Source: Brevundimonas sp.
GTDB taxonomy: Bacteria > Pseudomonadota > Alphaproteobacteria > Caulobacterales > Caulobacteraceae
DNA: 64,000 bases
Assembly: GCF_036677305.1 (NCBI RefSeq)
Contig: NZ_JAKFEB010000175.1
Coordinates: 336 to 64,335 of the forward strand
Direction: 5' to 3'
Shown here piece by piece: positions 37,390-47,923 of the stretch. Position numbers and translations under genes: made by a program. The notes under the pieces are model-generated. The model made no database searches. It was given only the letters and a program-made list of their open reading frames with translations, and was not told the DNA's origin. Numbering within the stretch: position 1 is the first letter of the stretch; every line of letters starts with the position of its first letter.

Positions 37390-37405
37390 TGCAACTTGCT
37401 GCCCT
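37390..37405 (-). promoter_or_regulatory. Candidate sigma54 promoter for amtB
   Basis: The minus strand reads AGGGCAGCAAGTTGCA. GG and GC have canonical spacing and the -12 TTGCA is perfect, but the -24 hexamer is degenerate. It lies about 125 nt upstream of the amtB ATG and is correctly oriented. Confidence 0.35.
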
Positions 37406-37539
37406 TTCTTGGCGGCATTCCGCGGTCGAATTGCCGCTCTCGACCCCACGGAGGCCCTCGCTGTTGCAGCATTTCCCCCGCGCGACCGGCGCCCGGTTTG
37501 GTGAATCCCGGTGGGAAAGGCCGATCCGCTGCGAGTTGT

Positions 37540-37553
37540 GGTAACCGGTGTCT
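37540..37553. promoter_or_regulatory. Sugar-acid regulon operator motif, copy 1 (GGTAACCGGTGTCT)
   Basis: About 130 bp upstream of the dehydratase ATG. Its reverse complement is 13/14 identical to the site at 39203-39216 and shares the half-site GACACCGG with the two sites at 63643-63690. Confidence 0.55.
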
Positions 37554-37683
37554 GGTCAGCCGCTGGTCAGGATCGCCTCATGCGCACTCAGGGACACGCC
37601 CGTCCGTCGCGGTTCGCGAACCCTCGACTCGCCGCGCGATCCAGCGCCGGAACCCCTGTTCGCGTCTCCAGGAGGGTCGCGGA

Positions 37684-39183
37684 ATGACCCGGGCGCTGAC
37701 GCTGACTCCGGCAGACGATGTGGCGATCGCGCTCGAACCGCTCGAACCGGGCGCTGTAATCGAGAGCCTGGACCTGCGGGCGGTCGACGCCATACCGGCC
37801 GGCCACAAGATCGCCCGTCATGCCATCGCCGCCGGAACCGTGGTGCGCAAATACGGGCAGGTCATCGGCGAAGCGGTCAGCGACATCGCCGCCGGCGCCC
37901 ACGTCCACGTCCATAATCTGGCGATGAGCGAAGCCCGCGCAGACGCCTCGATCGGGGCGGACGCGCAGCCCGCAGCCGGTCTCCACGGGGCGACCTTCGA
38001 AGGCTTCGTCCGCCCGGATGGAACGGTCGGCACGCGCAACTACATCGGCGTCCTGACCAGCGTGAACTGTTCGGCGACCGTCGCCCGCCGGATCGCGGAC
38101 GCCTTCCCCGACTCAGCCCTGCCCCAAGGGGTCGACGGCGTCGTGGCCTTCACCCATCAGGGCGGTTGCGGGGGTTCGTCCCTGAGCGTGGACACGGCCG
38201 TCCTGCAGCGGACCATGGCCGGCTACGCCCGCCATCCGAATTTCGCGGCCGTCCTCGTCGTCGGCCTGGGTTGCGAGGCGAACCAGATCCCGGACTGGCT
38301 GGCCAGGGAAGGCCTTGCACCCTCCCCCGGCCTGCGCACCCTGACCATCCAGGAAGCCGGCGGCACCCGCCGGGCCATCGAGGCCGGCGTGGCTATCGTC
38401 CGCGAGATGATCGCCGACGCTGCGGCGGCGCGCCGCCAGCGGGTGTCCGCCGCTCACCTGACCGTCGGCCTGCAGTGCGGCGGGTCGGACGGCTGGTCCG
38501 GAGTCACAGCCAATCCCGCGCTCGGCGCCGCCGTCGACCTGCTGGTCGCCCACGGCGGCCGGGCCATGCTGTCCGAAACGCCGGAGATCTGGGGCGCCGA
38601 ACACCTTCTGTTGCGGCGGGCGACGTCGCCCGAGGTCGCAGACAGGTTGCTGGCCCGGCTGGACTGGTGGCGGGCCTATGCCGACCGGCACGACATGGCG
38701 CTGAACAACAACCCCTCGCCCGGCAATCTCGCCGGCGGCCTGACGACCATTCTCGAAAAATCCCTCGGCGCCGTGGCCAAGGCGGGAGGCACGCCGCTCA
38801 ACGACGTGATCGGCTACGCCGAGCCCGTGACCGCGCGGGGCCTCAGCTTCATGGACAGCCCCGGCTACGATCCCTGCTCGGCGACCGGCCAGATCGCCTC
38901 GGGCGCCAATCTTCTGGCCTTCACCACGGGACGCGGTTCGGTGTTCGGGGCCAAGCCGGCGCCGTCGATCAAACTGGCCTCCAACGCCCGCGTGGCGAGC
39001 TGGATGGACGAGGACATCGACATCGACGCCTCGCCGGTCCTGGACGGCGTCTCATTGGCCGCCATGGGCGAGATCATCTTCGCCCGCATGCTGGCCGTCG
39101 CCTCGGGCGAACCGTCGAAGTCGGAAACGCTCGGAATCGGCGACAACGAATTCGTCCCCTGGCAGGTTGGAGGCTACCTTTAG
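37684..39183 (+). CDS. uxaA: UxaA-family sugar-acid dehydratase (altronate dehydratase or galactarate dehydratase type)
   Basis: Within ORF 37396..39183, using the ATG at 37684 (MTRALTLTPADDVAIALEPLEPG). N-terminal SAF domain (IPAGHKIARHAIAAGTVVRKYGQVIG), HQGGCGGS and GLQCGGSDGWSG motifs. 499 aa. Confidence 0.85.
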   Translation: MTRALTLTPADDVAIALEPLEPGAVIESLDLRAVDAIPAGHKIARHAIAAGTVVRKYGQVIGEAVSDIAAGAHVHVHNLAMSEARADASIGADAQPAAGLHGATFEGFVRPDGTVGTRNYIGVLTSVNCSATVARRIADAFPDSALPQGVDGVVAFTHQGGCGGSSLSVDTAVLQRTMAGYARHPNFAAVLVVGLGCEANQIPDWLAREGLAPSPGLRTLTIQEAGGTRRAIEAGVAIVREMIADAAAARRQRVSAAHLTVGLQCGGSDGWSGVTANPALGAAVDLLVAHGGRAMLSETPEIWGAEHLLLRRATSPEVADRLLARLDWWRAYADRHDMALNNNPSPGNLAGGLTTILEKSLGAVAKAGGTPLNDVIGYAEPVTARGLSFMDSPGYDPCSATGQIASGANLLAFTTGRGSVFGAKPAPSIKLASNARVASWMDEDIDIDASPVLDGVSLAAMGEIIFARMLAVASGEPSKSETLGIGDNEFVPWQVGGYL

Positions 39184-39202
39184 GCTGCGCACGAACAGGC
39201 AT

Positions 39203-39216
39203 TGACACCGGTTACC
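39203..39216. promoter_or_regulatory. Sugar-acid regulon operator motif, copy 2 (TGACACCGGTTACC)
   Basis: Lies between the dehydratase stop (39183) and the ExuT-like start (39302). Confidence 0.55.
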
Positions 39217-39301
39217 ATGCGTCCGCATTCTGCGGTCTGACGTCGCCGACAACCGCCCGGAAACAGGACGGACCGGCAGGAAACGAACGGGACGAGGGAT
39301 C

Positions 39302-40603
39302 ATGAGCAACGTTGCAGGCGCGACTGCGAACCAGCCCGCGCCCGCGGGCAAGTACCGCTGGGTGGTGGTGTGGCTGCTGTTCGCCGCCATGGTCATCAAC
39401 TACGTCGACCGTCAGGCGCTGGGCGTGCTCAAGCCCACGCTGATGGCCGAGTTCAGTTGGACCGAGACCAACTATGCCGACATCGTCTTCTGGTTCCAGT
39501 TCGCCTACGCCATCTCCTACCTGTTGTGGGGCCGGATCGTCGACAAGATCGGGGCCCGATGGGGCTTCGGCATCGCCTTCATCCTCTGGCAGATCGCCTT
39601 CATCGCCCACGCCGGCATCCGCAGTCTGAACACCGCCATCTTCGCCCGTCTGGCGCTGGGCGTGGGTGAAGGCGGCGGCTTCCCGGCGGGCATCAAGGCC
39701 GTGACCGAGTGGTTCCCCAAGAAGGAACGCGCGTTCGCTGTCGGCCTGTTCAACGCCGGCACCAACATCGGCGCCATCGTCACCCCGCTGATCATTCCGT
39801 TCATCGCCTCGATCTGGCTGGGCACGGTCGAGGAGCCCAATTGGCGCATGGCCCTGATCATCGTCGGCGCGCTCGGCTTCCTGTGGGTGCCCGTCTGGTT
39901 CTGGGTCTACAAGCGGCCCAGCGAGCACAAGAAGGTCACCCCCGAAGAGCTGGCCTATATCGCCCAGGACGCGCCCGACCCCGCGCACAAGATCGGCTGG
40001 CTGAAGCTGCTGACCGTCAAGGAGACCTGGGCCTATGCGCTGGGCAAATTCCTGATCGACCCGATCTGGTGGTTCTTCCTGTTCTGGCTGCCAGGCTTCC
40101 TGGGCACCCAGTACGACCTCAACCTTCTGACCTTCGGCCCGCCGCTGATCGCCATCTATCTGCTCAGCGACGTCGGTTCGATCGGCGGAGGATGGCTGTC
40201 CAGCCAGTTCCTCAAGCGCGGCATGAGCCTGAACGCCGCACGCAAGCTGACCATGTTGATCTGCGCCCTGGCCGTCATCCCCGTGGCCTTCGCGGGCATG
40301 GCCTCCAACGTCTGGACCGCGGTCCTGATCATCGGCATCGCCACGGCCGCCCACCAGGGCTTCTCGGCCAACCTCTACGCCATGCCGGGCGACGTCTTCC
40401 CGCGCTCGGCGGTGGGCTCGGTGGTGGGCATCGGCGGCATGATCGGCGGCTTCGGCGGCATGGCCATGGCCAAATACGCCGGCTACGTCCTGGACAAGAT
40501 CGGCAGCTACACGCCCATCTTCGTGGTCGCGGCCTCGGCCTATCTGATCGCCCTGTTCGTCATCCACCTGCTGTCGCCGCGCTACGAGCCGGCCAAGGTC
40601 TGA
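39302..40603 (+). CDS. exuT: MFS hexuronate/sugar-acid transporter (ExuT-like, ACS family)
   Basis: ORF track, 433 aa. KYRWVVVWLLFAAMVINYVDRQALGVLKP is typical of ExuT/GudP-type MFS proteins. Confidence 0.8.
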   Translation: MSNVAGATANQPAPAGKYRWVVVWLLFAAMVINYVDRQALGVLKPTLMAEFSWTETNYADIVFWFQFAYAISYLLWGRIVDKIGARWGFGIAFILWQIAFIAHAGIRSLNTAIFARLALGVGEGGGFPAGIKAVTEWFPKKERAFAVGLFNAGTNIGAIVTPLIIPFIASIWLGTVEEPNWRMALIIVGALGFLWVPVWFWVYKRPSEHKKVTPEELAYIAQDAPDPAHKIGWLKLLTVKETWAYALGKFLIDPIWWFFLFWLPGFLGTQYDLNLLTFGPPLIAIYLLSDVGSIGGGWLSSQFLKRGMSLNAARKLTMLICALAVIPVAFAGMASNVWTAVLIIGIATAAHQGFSANLYAMPGDVFPRSAVGSVVGIGGMIGGFGGMAMAKYAGYVLDKIGSYTPIFVVAASAYLIALFVIHLLSPRYEPAKV

Positions 40604-40613
40604 TCCTGCCCCT

Positions 40614-40643
40614 GAGGTCGTCCGCCTGAGCGCGGGCGACCTC
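40614..40643 (+). terminator. GC-rich hairpin after the ExuT-like gene
   Basis: GAGGTCGTCCGC-CTGAGC-GCGGGCGACCTC is a 12-bp stem with one G-U pair. No U-tract follows. Confidence 0.45.
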
Positions 40644-40744
40644 AACCCGGCGGCCTTCCGTCACGTAACCCTATGAATAATCAGGTGCCCGACGCGCACG
40701 CTGCGTTGTAGGCTGGTCGCAGTCCCATCGTGGAGCGATCTCCC

Positions 40745-42187
<1,443 letters not shown>

Positions 42188-42298
42188 CCCCCCGACGCCG
42201 AAACGCCCCGGCGCCGGACTGCGCCCTACCGGGGAAAGGCCTGATTGCCCGCCCTGCCCGCCCGCCTATCGTCAGGGCAGGAAAACGAGGGGGCCGTC

Positions 42299-42688
42299 AT
42301 GCGCATCCACCAAATTCTGTGCGGGGCCGCGGCGGCTTCCCTGCTGGCCTTTTCCGCCTCGGCCCAGGAAGGCCAGGCCGCGGAGGCGCAGGGCGGGCAG
42401 TACGCAGAGGCCCTGACCCGGATCGTCGCCGACGCCAGGGCCGGGACCTGTTCCGAACTCATGTCCGCCGGGGTTCAGCTGGCGTGCCAGCGTCGCATCG
42501 ACCAGATCGCGCTCACGCTTGAGCGCTTCGGGGACGTGCAGAAGATCACTCTCCTCAAGGCGGAAGATCGGGGCGGCGTCCTCTACGAGACCTACGAGCT
42601 CGGCTTCGTCGACGGGTTTACGATGACCTGGATAATCGGCGGACTGTACGACGGGCAGTTCAGCACCGCCTACAGCGAGGACGGCTGA
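42299..42688 (+). CDS. Hypothetical secreted protein (129 aa)
   Basis: Within ORF 42245..42688. The ATG at 42299 is preceded by GAGGGGG. Signal peptide MRIHQILCGAAAASLLAFSASAQE. Two cysteines in the mature part. No family recognised. Confidence 0.55.
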   Translation: MRIHQILCGAAAASLLAFSASAQEGQAAEAQGGQYAEALTRIVADARAGTCSELMSAGVQLACQRRIDQIALTLERFGDVQKITLLKAEDRGGVLYETYELGFVDGFTMTWIIGGLYDGQFSTAYSEDG

Positions 42689-42724
42689 CGGCGGTCGGAG
42701 GCGCTCCCGGGGAGGCAGGTCGCC

Positions 42725-43534
42725 ATGGACGGACTCACGGCCTTCATCAACGACGCGCCGCTCCTCCTCATCGCGGGACTGCTGTTTCTCGCCCAATGCC
42801 TGATGAGGGAGGTCGGCGGCTGGATCCGGCGCCGCGTGTCGGCCGATGCCGGCGAGTCGGCCGAGGAAGTCTCCGACAAGGGATACCTCCTGTCAGGCGT
42901 GCTGGGCCTTCTTGCGCTTCTGATCGCTTTCACCTTCGGCCTCGCGGTGGACCGTTACGAGGGACGTCGTCACCTGGTGACGGAGGAAGCCAACGCCATC
43001 GGGACCGCCGAGATGCGGGTGCAACTGCTGCCTCCTCCGGACGGCGCCCGGCTGGCGGACATGTTGCGGGACTACGCCCGGACGCGCGCGGCCTATGGCC
43101 TGGCCGACACGACCGACAGGCCGTCCCTGGCCCGGTCCTCGGCGATTCAGCGCAGCGCATTGCAGACGGCGGCTCTCTCGTCCCTGGCTCCGGTATCGAC
43201 CACCGCGCTGGCGGCGTTCGTGGGGGCGTCGATCAACGCCGTGCTCGACATCGGGGTCGAACGGGAGGCGATGAATGACGCGCGGGTGCCTCTGACCATC
43301 CTGAGGGCCCTCGTCCTCTACGCCCTGCTGACCGCGGCGATGCTCGGCTATGGGCTGACCGGAGCCCGGGCCCGCCACCGCGCAACGACGGTGATCCTGT
43401 TCACCCTGCTGAGCCTGGCCATCCTGCTGATCCTCGATCTCGACCGGCCGCAGGGCGGGACGATCCGCATCGACCAGACGCCGATGACCCAGCTCGTCGC
43501 GGGTTTTCCGCCCAAGGGACAGACAGCTCCGTAA
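42725..43534 (+). CDS. Membrane protein, DUF4239-like
   Basis: ORF track, 269 aa. TM helices at both ends. The central FGLAVDRYEGRRHLVTEEANAIGTAEMR resembles the DUF4239 signature as I recall it. Confidence 0.55.
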   Translation: MDGLTAFINDAPLLLIAGLLFLAQCLMREVGGWIRRRVSADAGESAEEVSDKGYLLSGVLGLLALLIAFTFGLAVDRYEGRRHLVTEEANAIGTAEMRVQLLPPPDGARLADMLRDYARTRAAYGLADTTDRPSLARSSAIQRSALQTAALSSLAPVSTTALAAFVGASINAVLDIGVEREAMNDARVPLTILRALVLYALLTAAMLGYGLTGARARHRATTVILFTLLSLAILLILDLDRPQGGTIRIDQTPMTQLVAGFPPKGQTAP

Positions 43535-43677
43535 ACGCTCGGGCCCCGCCCCTCGGCACACGGCGCGCTGCTTCTAGGGGTCAAACCTGATGTCTGGCGC
43601 CGTGAACACCCGGATAGATGGCGTCTGTATTCGCGCGGAATCGCATCCGGGCGCGGCTGGTAGACAGAGGGGCAGGC

Positions 43678-44166
43678 ATGACAGCGGCGAACGACAGCTT
43701 GATGCCGGCCACGATACAGGCGCCGTCCGACCGCCAGCGGATGTTCGCGCGCTATTTCACGGGGATGCTGATCGACCTGCTCGTCCTCGGACTGTTCGAC
43801 GAATACTGGGACAAGGTTCACGTCGCGTCCTTCACCGTCATGGTGCTGGCCGCAGTGCTGCTTCAGATACTGCTGAAGGTGACGATCGCGATCGAGCATG
43901 TCGTGGCGGGCTTCTTCAAGGCTCGCCCGGGCGGGTTCATGAAGTTCATGCGCTTCTTCTGCGCCTGGCTGGTCCTGTTCGGCTCCAAATTCGTCATCCT
44001 GGAAGCGCTGGCGTTGGCCTTCGGCGACCAGGTGCATTTCTCGGGCGTCTTCCACGGGATCATCACCCTCATCGTGGTGGTCGTCGTCATGCTGGTGGTG
44101 GAGGAAGTCATCGTGCGCTTCTACCGCCGGCTCGGCCCGAAGGCCGATGGCCCCGCGGCGGCGTGA
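43678..44166 (+). CDS. Hypothetical integral membrane protein (162 aa)
   Basis: Within ORF 43618..44166. The ATG at 43678 is preceded by AGAGGGG. Three to four hydrophobic helices. Sits directly upstream of the HlyD-family gene, in the AaeX-like position. Confidence 0.55.
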   Translation: MTAANDSLMPATIQAPSDRQRMFARYFTGMLIDLLVLGLFDEYWDKVHVASFTVMVLAAVLLQILLKVTIAIEHVVAGFFKARPGGFMKFMRFFCAWLVLFGSKFVILEALALAFGDQVHFSGVFHGIITLIVVVVVMLVVEEVIVRFYRRLGPKADGPAAA

Positions 44167-44220
44167 CAGCGCCGGTCAACGCGCGGCCCTGCTGGGTCAG
44201 GGGCGAGCGAGGCTTGAGCC

Positions 44221-45396
44221 ATGGATGACGCGGTAAAGGCCCCCGCCCCCCAACCGGAGCCGCCGGCGTCCGCGCCCCCTCCAGCGCCCCCGCCCTCGGA
44301 CGAGCCGACGGCGCCTGCCAAACCGCCACGGGCGCCCATGAGCCCCTTGCGCAAGCTGACGGTGATCGTGCTCCTCACCGCCATGGTCATATTCGTCTAC
44401 GGCCTCTTCGCCGATCGCTGGACGCCCTACACCGACCAGAGCGCCGTCCAGTCCAGCGTGATCATGATCGCCCCGGACGTGAGCGGCCGGGTCAACCACA
44501 TCGGCGTTCGCGACAACCAGCTGGTCCGGACCGGGGACGTCCTGTTCACAATCGACAACGAACGATACGAGATCGCGGTCGAGGCCGCCCAGGCGCAACT
44601 CTCCACCGCCGGCCAGTCAGTCGGAGCCTCAACGGCCAGCGTGGTCGCCGCCGAGGCCCGGCTGGCCGCGTCCGAGGCGACCCTGGTCAACGCCAGGGTC
44701 CAGAGCGAACGGGTCTTCGAACTGGTCCGGCGCGGCGTCAGCAGCCCCAGCCGGGGCGACGACTCCCGCGCCAGCGTCCGCAATGCGATCGCAGATGTGG
44801 CGCGGAGCAGGGCCGAACTCGAGCAGGCCCGGCAAAGCCTTGGCCCGTCGGGCGCCGACAATCCCCAGATCCGTCAGGCACAGGCCGCGCTCAGCGCCGC
44901 CCGCCGGGATCTGGCCGATACCGTGGTGCGGGCGCCTTCAAACGGCAGGGTCACCAACCTTCAGCTCGCACCCGGCCGGTTCGCGGGCGCGGGTCAGGCG
45001 GTCATGACGTTCGTGGAGAACGACGCCGTCTGGATAGAGGCCGAGTTCAGGGAAAACTCCCTTGAGCACATCAAGGTCGGCGACCCCGTCGCCATCGTGC
45101 TCGATGTACGGCCGGGCCGGGTCTACCCCGGCAAGGTCGACAGCGTCGGCTGGGGCATCGACAATCGTGACACCGACCCCCAGACGGGGCTTCCCACGGT
45201 CAACAACGACAGCGGCTGGGTTCGCGATCCCCAGCGGTTCGTGGTGCGGATTCGTCTCGACCCCGAAAAGCGCCCCGGCGACGTGCGCGTCGGGTCGCAG
45301 GCCAGTGTCGTCGTCTACACCGGCGTAAACGGGCTGACGGACATCGTGGGGCGGATCTGGATCCGGCTCGTGTCGTGGCTCAGCTATCTGAACTGA
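44221..45396 (+). CDS. HlyD-family membrane fusion/efflux adaptor protein (AaeA/EmrA-like)
   Basis: ORF track, 391 aa. Pro-rich cytoplasmic tail, one TM, lipoyl-like IAPDVSGRVNHIGVRDNQLVRTGDVLFTID, coiled-coil segment, then VRAPSNGRVTNL. Confidence 0.85.
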   Translation: MDDAVKAPAPQPEPPASAPPPAPPPSDEPTAPAKPPRAPMSPLRKLTVIVLLTAMVIFVYGLFADRWTPYTDQSAVQSSVIMIAPDVSGRVNHIGVRDNQLVRTGDVLFTIDNERYEIAVEAAQAQLSTAGQSVGASTASVVAAEARLAASEATLVNARVQSERVFELVRRGVSSPSRGDDSRASVRNAIADVARSRAELEQARQSLGPSGADNPQIRQAQAALSAARRDLADTVVRAPSNGRVTNLQLAPGRFAGAGQAVMTFVENDAVWIEAEFRENSLEHIKVGDPVAIVLDVRPGRVYPGKVDSVGWGIDNRDTDPQTGLPTVNNDSGWVRDPQRFVVRIRLDPEKRPGDVRVGSQASVVVYTGVNGLTDIVGRIWIRLVSWLSYLN

Positions 45397-45397
45397 C

Positions 45398-46477
45398 ATG
45401 ACCGCCGCCCAGCCGAGCGATGCCGGAGCGTTGCGACCCCGCTTCTCGGCAACCGACCGCTTCATGCTGCGCATGGCCGTCGCGGGGACCCTGGGCTTCG
45501 CCATCGCCGTCTGGCTGGGCTGGCCGATCAGCTTCCTCGCGCCGATGCTGGCCGTGAAGATGATCCCGGCGATGCCGACGTTTCCAAACCCTATCCAGGC
45601 CGCGCTCCTGCCGGTCGTGATGTGGGTCGGCACGACCGCCTCGATGCTGCTTGTGTCCGTGCTGGGCGATGCGCCGCTTGTGCAGTTGATCGTCCTCACC
45701 CTGGTGATCTTCGCCACCTTCTACGCCAAGTGGCGGGGGGCTCCGGGCGTCGTCATCCTGCTCCTGCAGGTCGGATTCTGCGTCATTCCGCTCTTCGCGA
45801 CGGTCTCGCTCGAGTTGGGCCATTTCGTCGCCGGGTTCCTGCAGCGGAACACGGTCGCAGCTGCGGCGACCATGTTGATCAGTCATCTGCTGGTGCCGGC
45901 GCTTCCGCCCGCGCCCCAGGAAGCCCCTCCGCGCGCGGCGCCGCTGCGCCTTTCACCGGCCTCTGCGGCGCGGGTCGCCCTTGCCGACGTCCTGGTGCTG
46001 GTCCCCCTGCTGGCCTACCTCCTACTGGGCTCGGCCATCCACAACTTCGTCATGGTGATGATGACGATCACCATTCTGAATGAGCTCGAACCGACCCGCA
46101 CGCGCACCGCCGGCATGAACATGATCCTCGGCAATTCGATCGGCGGGCTGCTGGCGGTCGCGGCCCAGCAGGTCGTGCTCCTCGCGGACAACCTGTTCTT
46201 CTTCCTGTTGACCGTCTTCCTGACGACGCTGTGGTTCGCCCGCGGACTGACGCGCCCCGGTCCGTCCGCCGACCTGTACCGACTCGCGGCCGGCACCTTC
46301 ATGCTGATCCTCGGCCTGGCGGTGACTCCCCTGCCCGGCGGGTCCGAGCAATCCTACCTCCTGCGCATCATCCATATCCTGGTCGCCGGGGTCTGGGCGG
46401 TCGTCGCCCTTGTCGTTGTGTCGCCCCTGCGCCGGGTCCAGCCCGGGCCGACGCCCCCCGCTCCCGCTCAGGGTTGA
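45398..46477 (+). CDS. DUF2955/FUSC-like inner-membrane efflux component
   Basis: ORF track, 359 aa, polytopic. The start is 1 bp after the HlyD stop. N-terminus RFMLRMAVAGTLGFAIAVWLGWP is typical of FUSC-like proteins. Confidence 0.65.
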   Translation: MTAAQPSDAGALRPRFSATDRFMLRMAVAGTLGFAIAVWLGWPISFLAPMLAVKMIPAMPTFPNPIQAALLPVVMWVGTTASMLLVSVLGDAPLVQLIVLTLVIFATFYAKWRGAPGVVILLLQVGFCVIPLFATVSLELGHFVAGFLQRNTVAAAATMLISHLLVPALPPAPQEAPPRAAPLRLSPASAARVALADVLVLVPLLAYLLLGSAIHNFVMVMMTITILNELEPTRTRTAGMNMILGNSIGGLLAVAAQQVVLLADNLFFFLLTVFLTTLWFARGLTRPGPSADLYRLAAGTFMLILGLAVTPLPGGSEQSYLLRIIHILVAGVWAVVALVVVSPLRRVQPGPTPPAPAQG

Positions 46478-46577
46478 GGACCGAGTTCGCCCCGGTCCGG
46501 TGTTGCGGGTTTTCCCTGATGGCAACGCCTGTTCGTCACGGCGACATTGAGAGAGGTCCCCCAAGGGGGCAGACACC

Positions 46578-47822
46578 TTGCGGTATCTCAAGATGGACAG
46601 ACCCTCCGCGTCACCGGCCAGCATCTCAGTCGCCGTGGTGGCGGCATTGCAGCTGCTCCTCTCCGCCTGCGCCACGCCGCAGCGGCTCGAGGCCGTGCCC
46701 AGCGCCGACACCGCGCGCGCCATAACCTCGATCCCCGACGCCCGTTTTTTCCCGGACAGGGATCCCGAGACCTTCGTGCGGATCATGGGAGCGGCCGTCG
46801 AGCGGGAGCGCGCGATCCGCGCGCAGCTGCCTGAAGGAACGCCCCTGCCGCCGGTTTCCTATCTGGCGGTGTCGGGCGGCGGCGGCGACGGAGCGTTCGG
46901 CGCGGGATTGCTGGTCGGCTGGACCGAGGCCGGGACGCGTCCGACCTTCAAATACGTCACGGGGATCAGCACCGGGGCCTTGATCGCGCCCTTCGCCTTC
47001 CTCGGGTCCGACTACGACCCGATCCTCCGGGAAACCTACACCCAGGTGACGGACGACAACATCTTCAAGAAGCGGGACATCACCGCCCTGATGTTCAGCG
47101 ACGCCATGGCCGATACCGCGCCCATGGCGGAAATGGTCAGCCGTTATGTCACCCGCGAACTGCTCGACCGCATCGCCGCCGAATACGCCAAGGGGCGCAT
47201 CCTCTTCATCGGCACGACCAATCTGGACGCCCGGGAAGCCGTCTACTGGAACATGGGCGCCATCGCCTCCAGCCAGGATCCGGCCGCGCTCGAGCTGTTC
47301 CGGCGCATCACCCTGGCCTCGGCCGCCATCCCCGGCGCCTTTCCTCCGATCATGATCGACGTCACGGTCGATGGTCAGCCCTATCAGGAGATGCACGTCG
47401 ACGGCGGGGCCAGCCGTCAGGTCTTCCTGTATCCTCCCACGGTCCACGTCGGGGACCTGGCGAGACAGGCGGGGCTGGAGCGGGACCGGCACCTCTACAT
47501 CATCCGCAACTCCCGTCTGGACCCCGACTGGGCCAGCGTGGATCGCCGGCTCATGAGCATCGTCAACCGGTCGGTGTCCGCCCTGATCCAGGCCCAGGGC
47601 GTGGGGGATCTCAATCGCATGTTCCTGTCGTCCCGACGCGACGGCATCGACTACAACCTGGCCTATATTCCGCGCGACTTCACCGTGGTGAAGAACAGCG
47701 AATTCGACAGCAGATACATGACCGCCCTTTTCGAACGGGGCCGCGCCATGGCCGCCGCCGGCTATGCCTGGGACAAATACCCGCCCGGCTATGCCCCGGA
47801 GGAAGCGGTCAGCGTCCCGTAG
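46578..47822 (+). CDS. Patatin-like phospholipase, probable lipoprotein
   Basis: ORF track, 414 aa (TTG start preceded by AAGGGGG). Lipobox LLLSAC. Oxyanion GGGGDGAFGAG, nucleophile GISTGA, Asp dyad HVDGGAS. Confidence 0.85.
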   Translation: MRYLKMDRPSASPASISVAVVAALQLLLSACATPQRLEAVPSADTARAITSIPDARFFPDRDPETFVRIMGAAVERERAIRAQLPEGTPLPPVSYLAVSGGGGDGAFGAGLLVGWTEAGTRPTFKYVTGISTGALIAPFAFLGSDYDPILRETYTQVTDDNIFKKRDITALMFSDAMADTAPMAEMVSRYVTRELLDRIAAEYAKGRILFIGTTNLDAREAVYWNMGAIASSQDPAALELFRRITLASAAIPGAFPPIMIDVTVDGQPYQEMHVDGGASRQVFLYPPTVHVGDLARQAGLERDRHLYIIRNSRLDPDWASVDRRLMSIVNRSVSALIQAQGVGDLNRMFLSSRRDGIDYNLAYIPRDFTVVKNSEFDSRYMTALFERGRAMAAAGYAWDKYPPGYAPEEAVSVP

Positions 47823-47871
47823 GTCCGCCTCCCCGGGGCGGCCGTTCCTGCATCGCATCCAGGCAAGAAAG

Positions 47872-47898
47872 ATCGGACCCGGCATTGCCGGGTCCGAT
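47872..47898. terminator. Hairpin between the convergent patatin and OMP genes
   Basis: ATCGGACCCGGC-ATT-GCCGGGTCCGAT is a perfect 12-bp stem. The minus strand continues CTTTCTTGCC. Confidence 0.55.
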
Positions 47899-47923
47899 GC
47901 CAATCGCCGGCTTGTCGCCAGGC

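Noticed and set aside
46578-47822. Patatin-like phospholipase as an anti-phage (CBASS-type) effector
   Set aside because: It carries a lipoprotein signal peptide (LLLSAC), and there is no cyclase, sensor, or other defence-type partner gene nearby. It looks like an envelope lipase.
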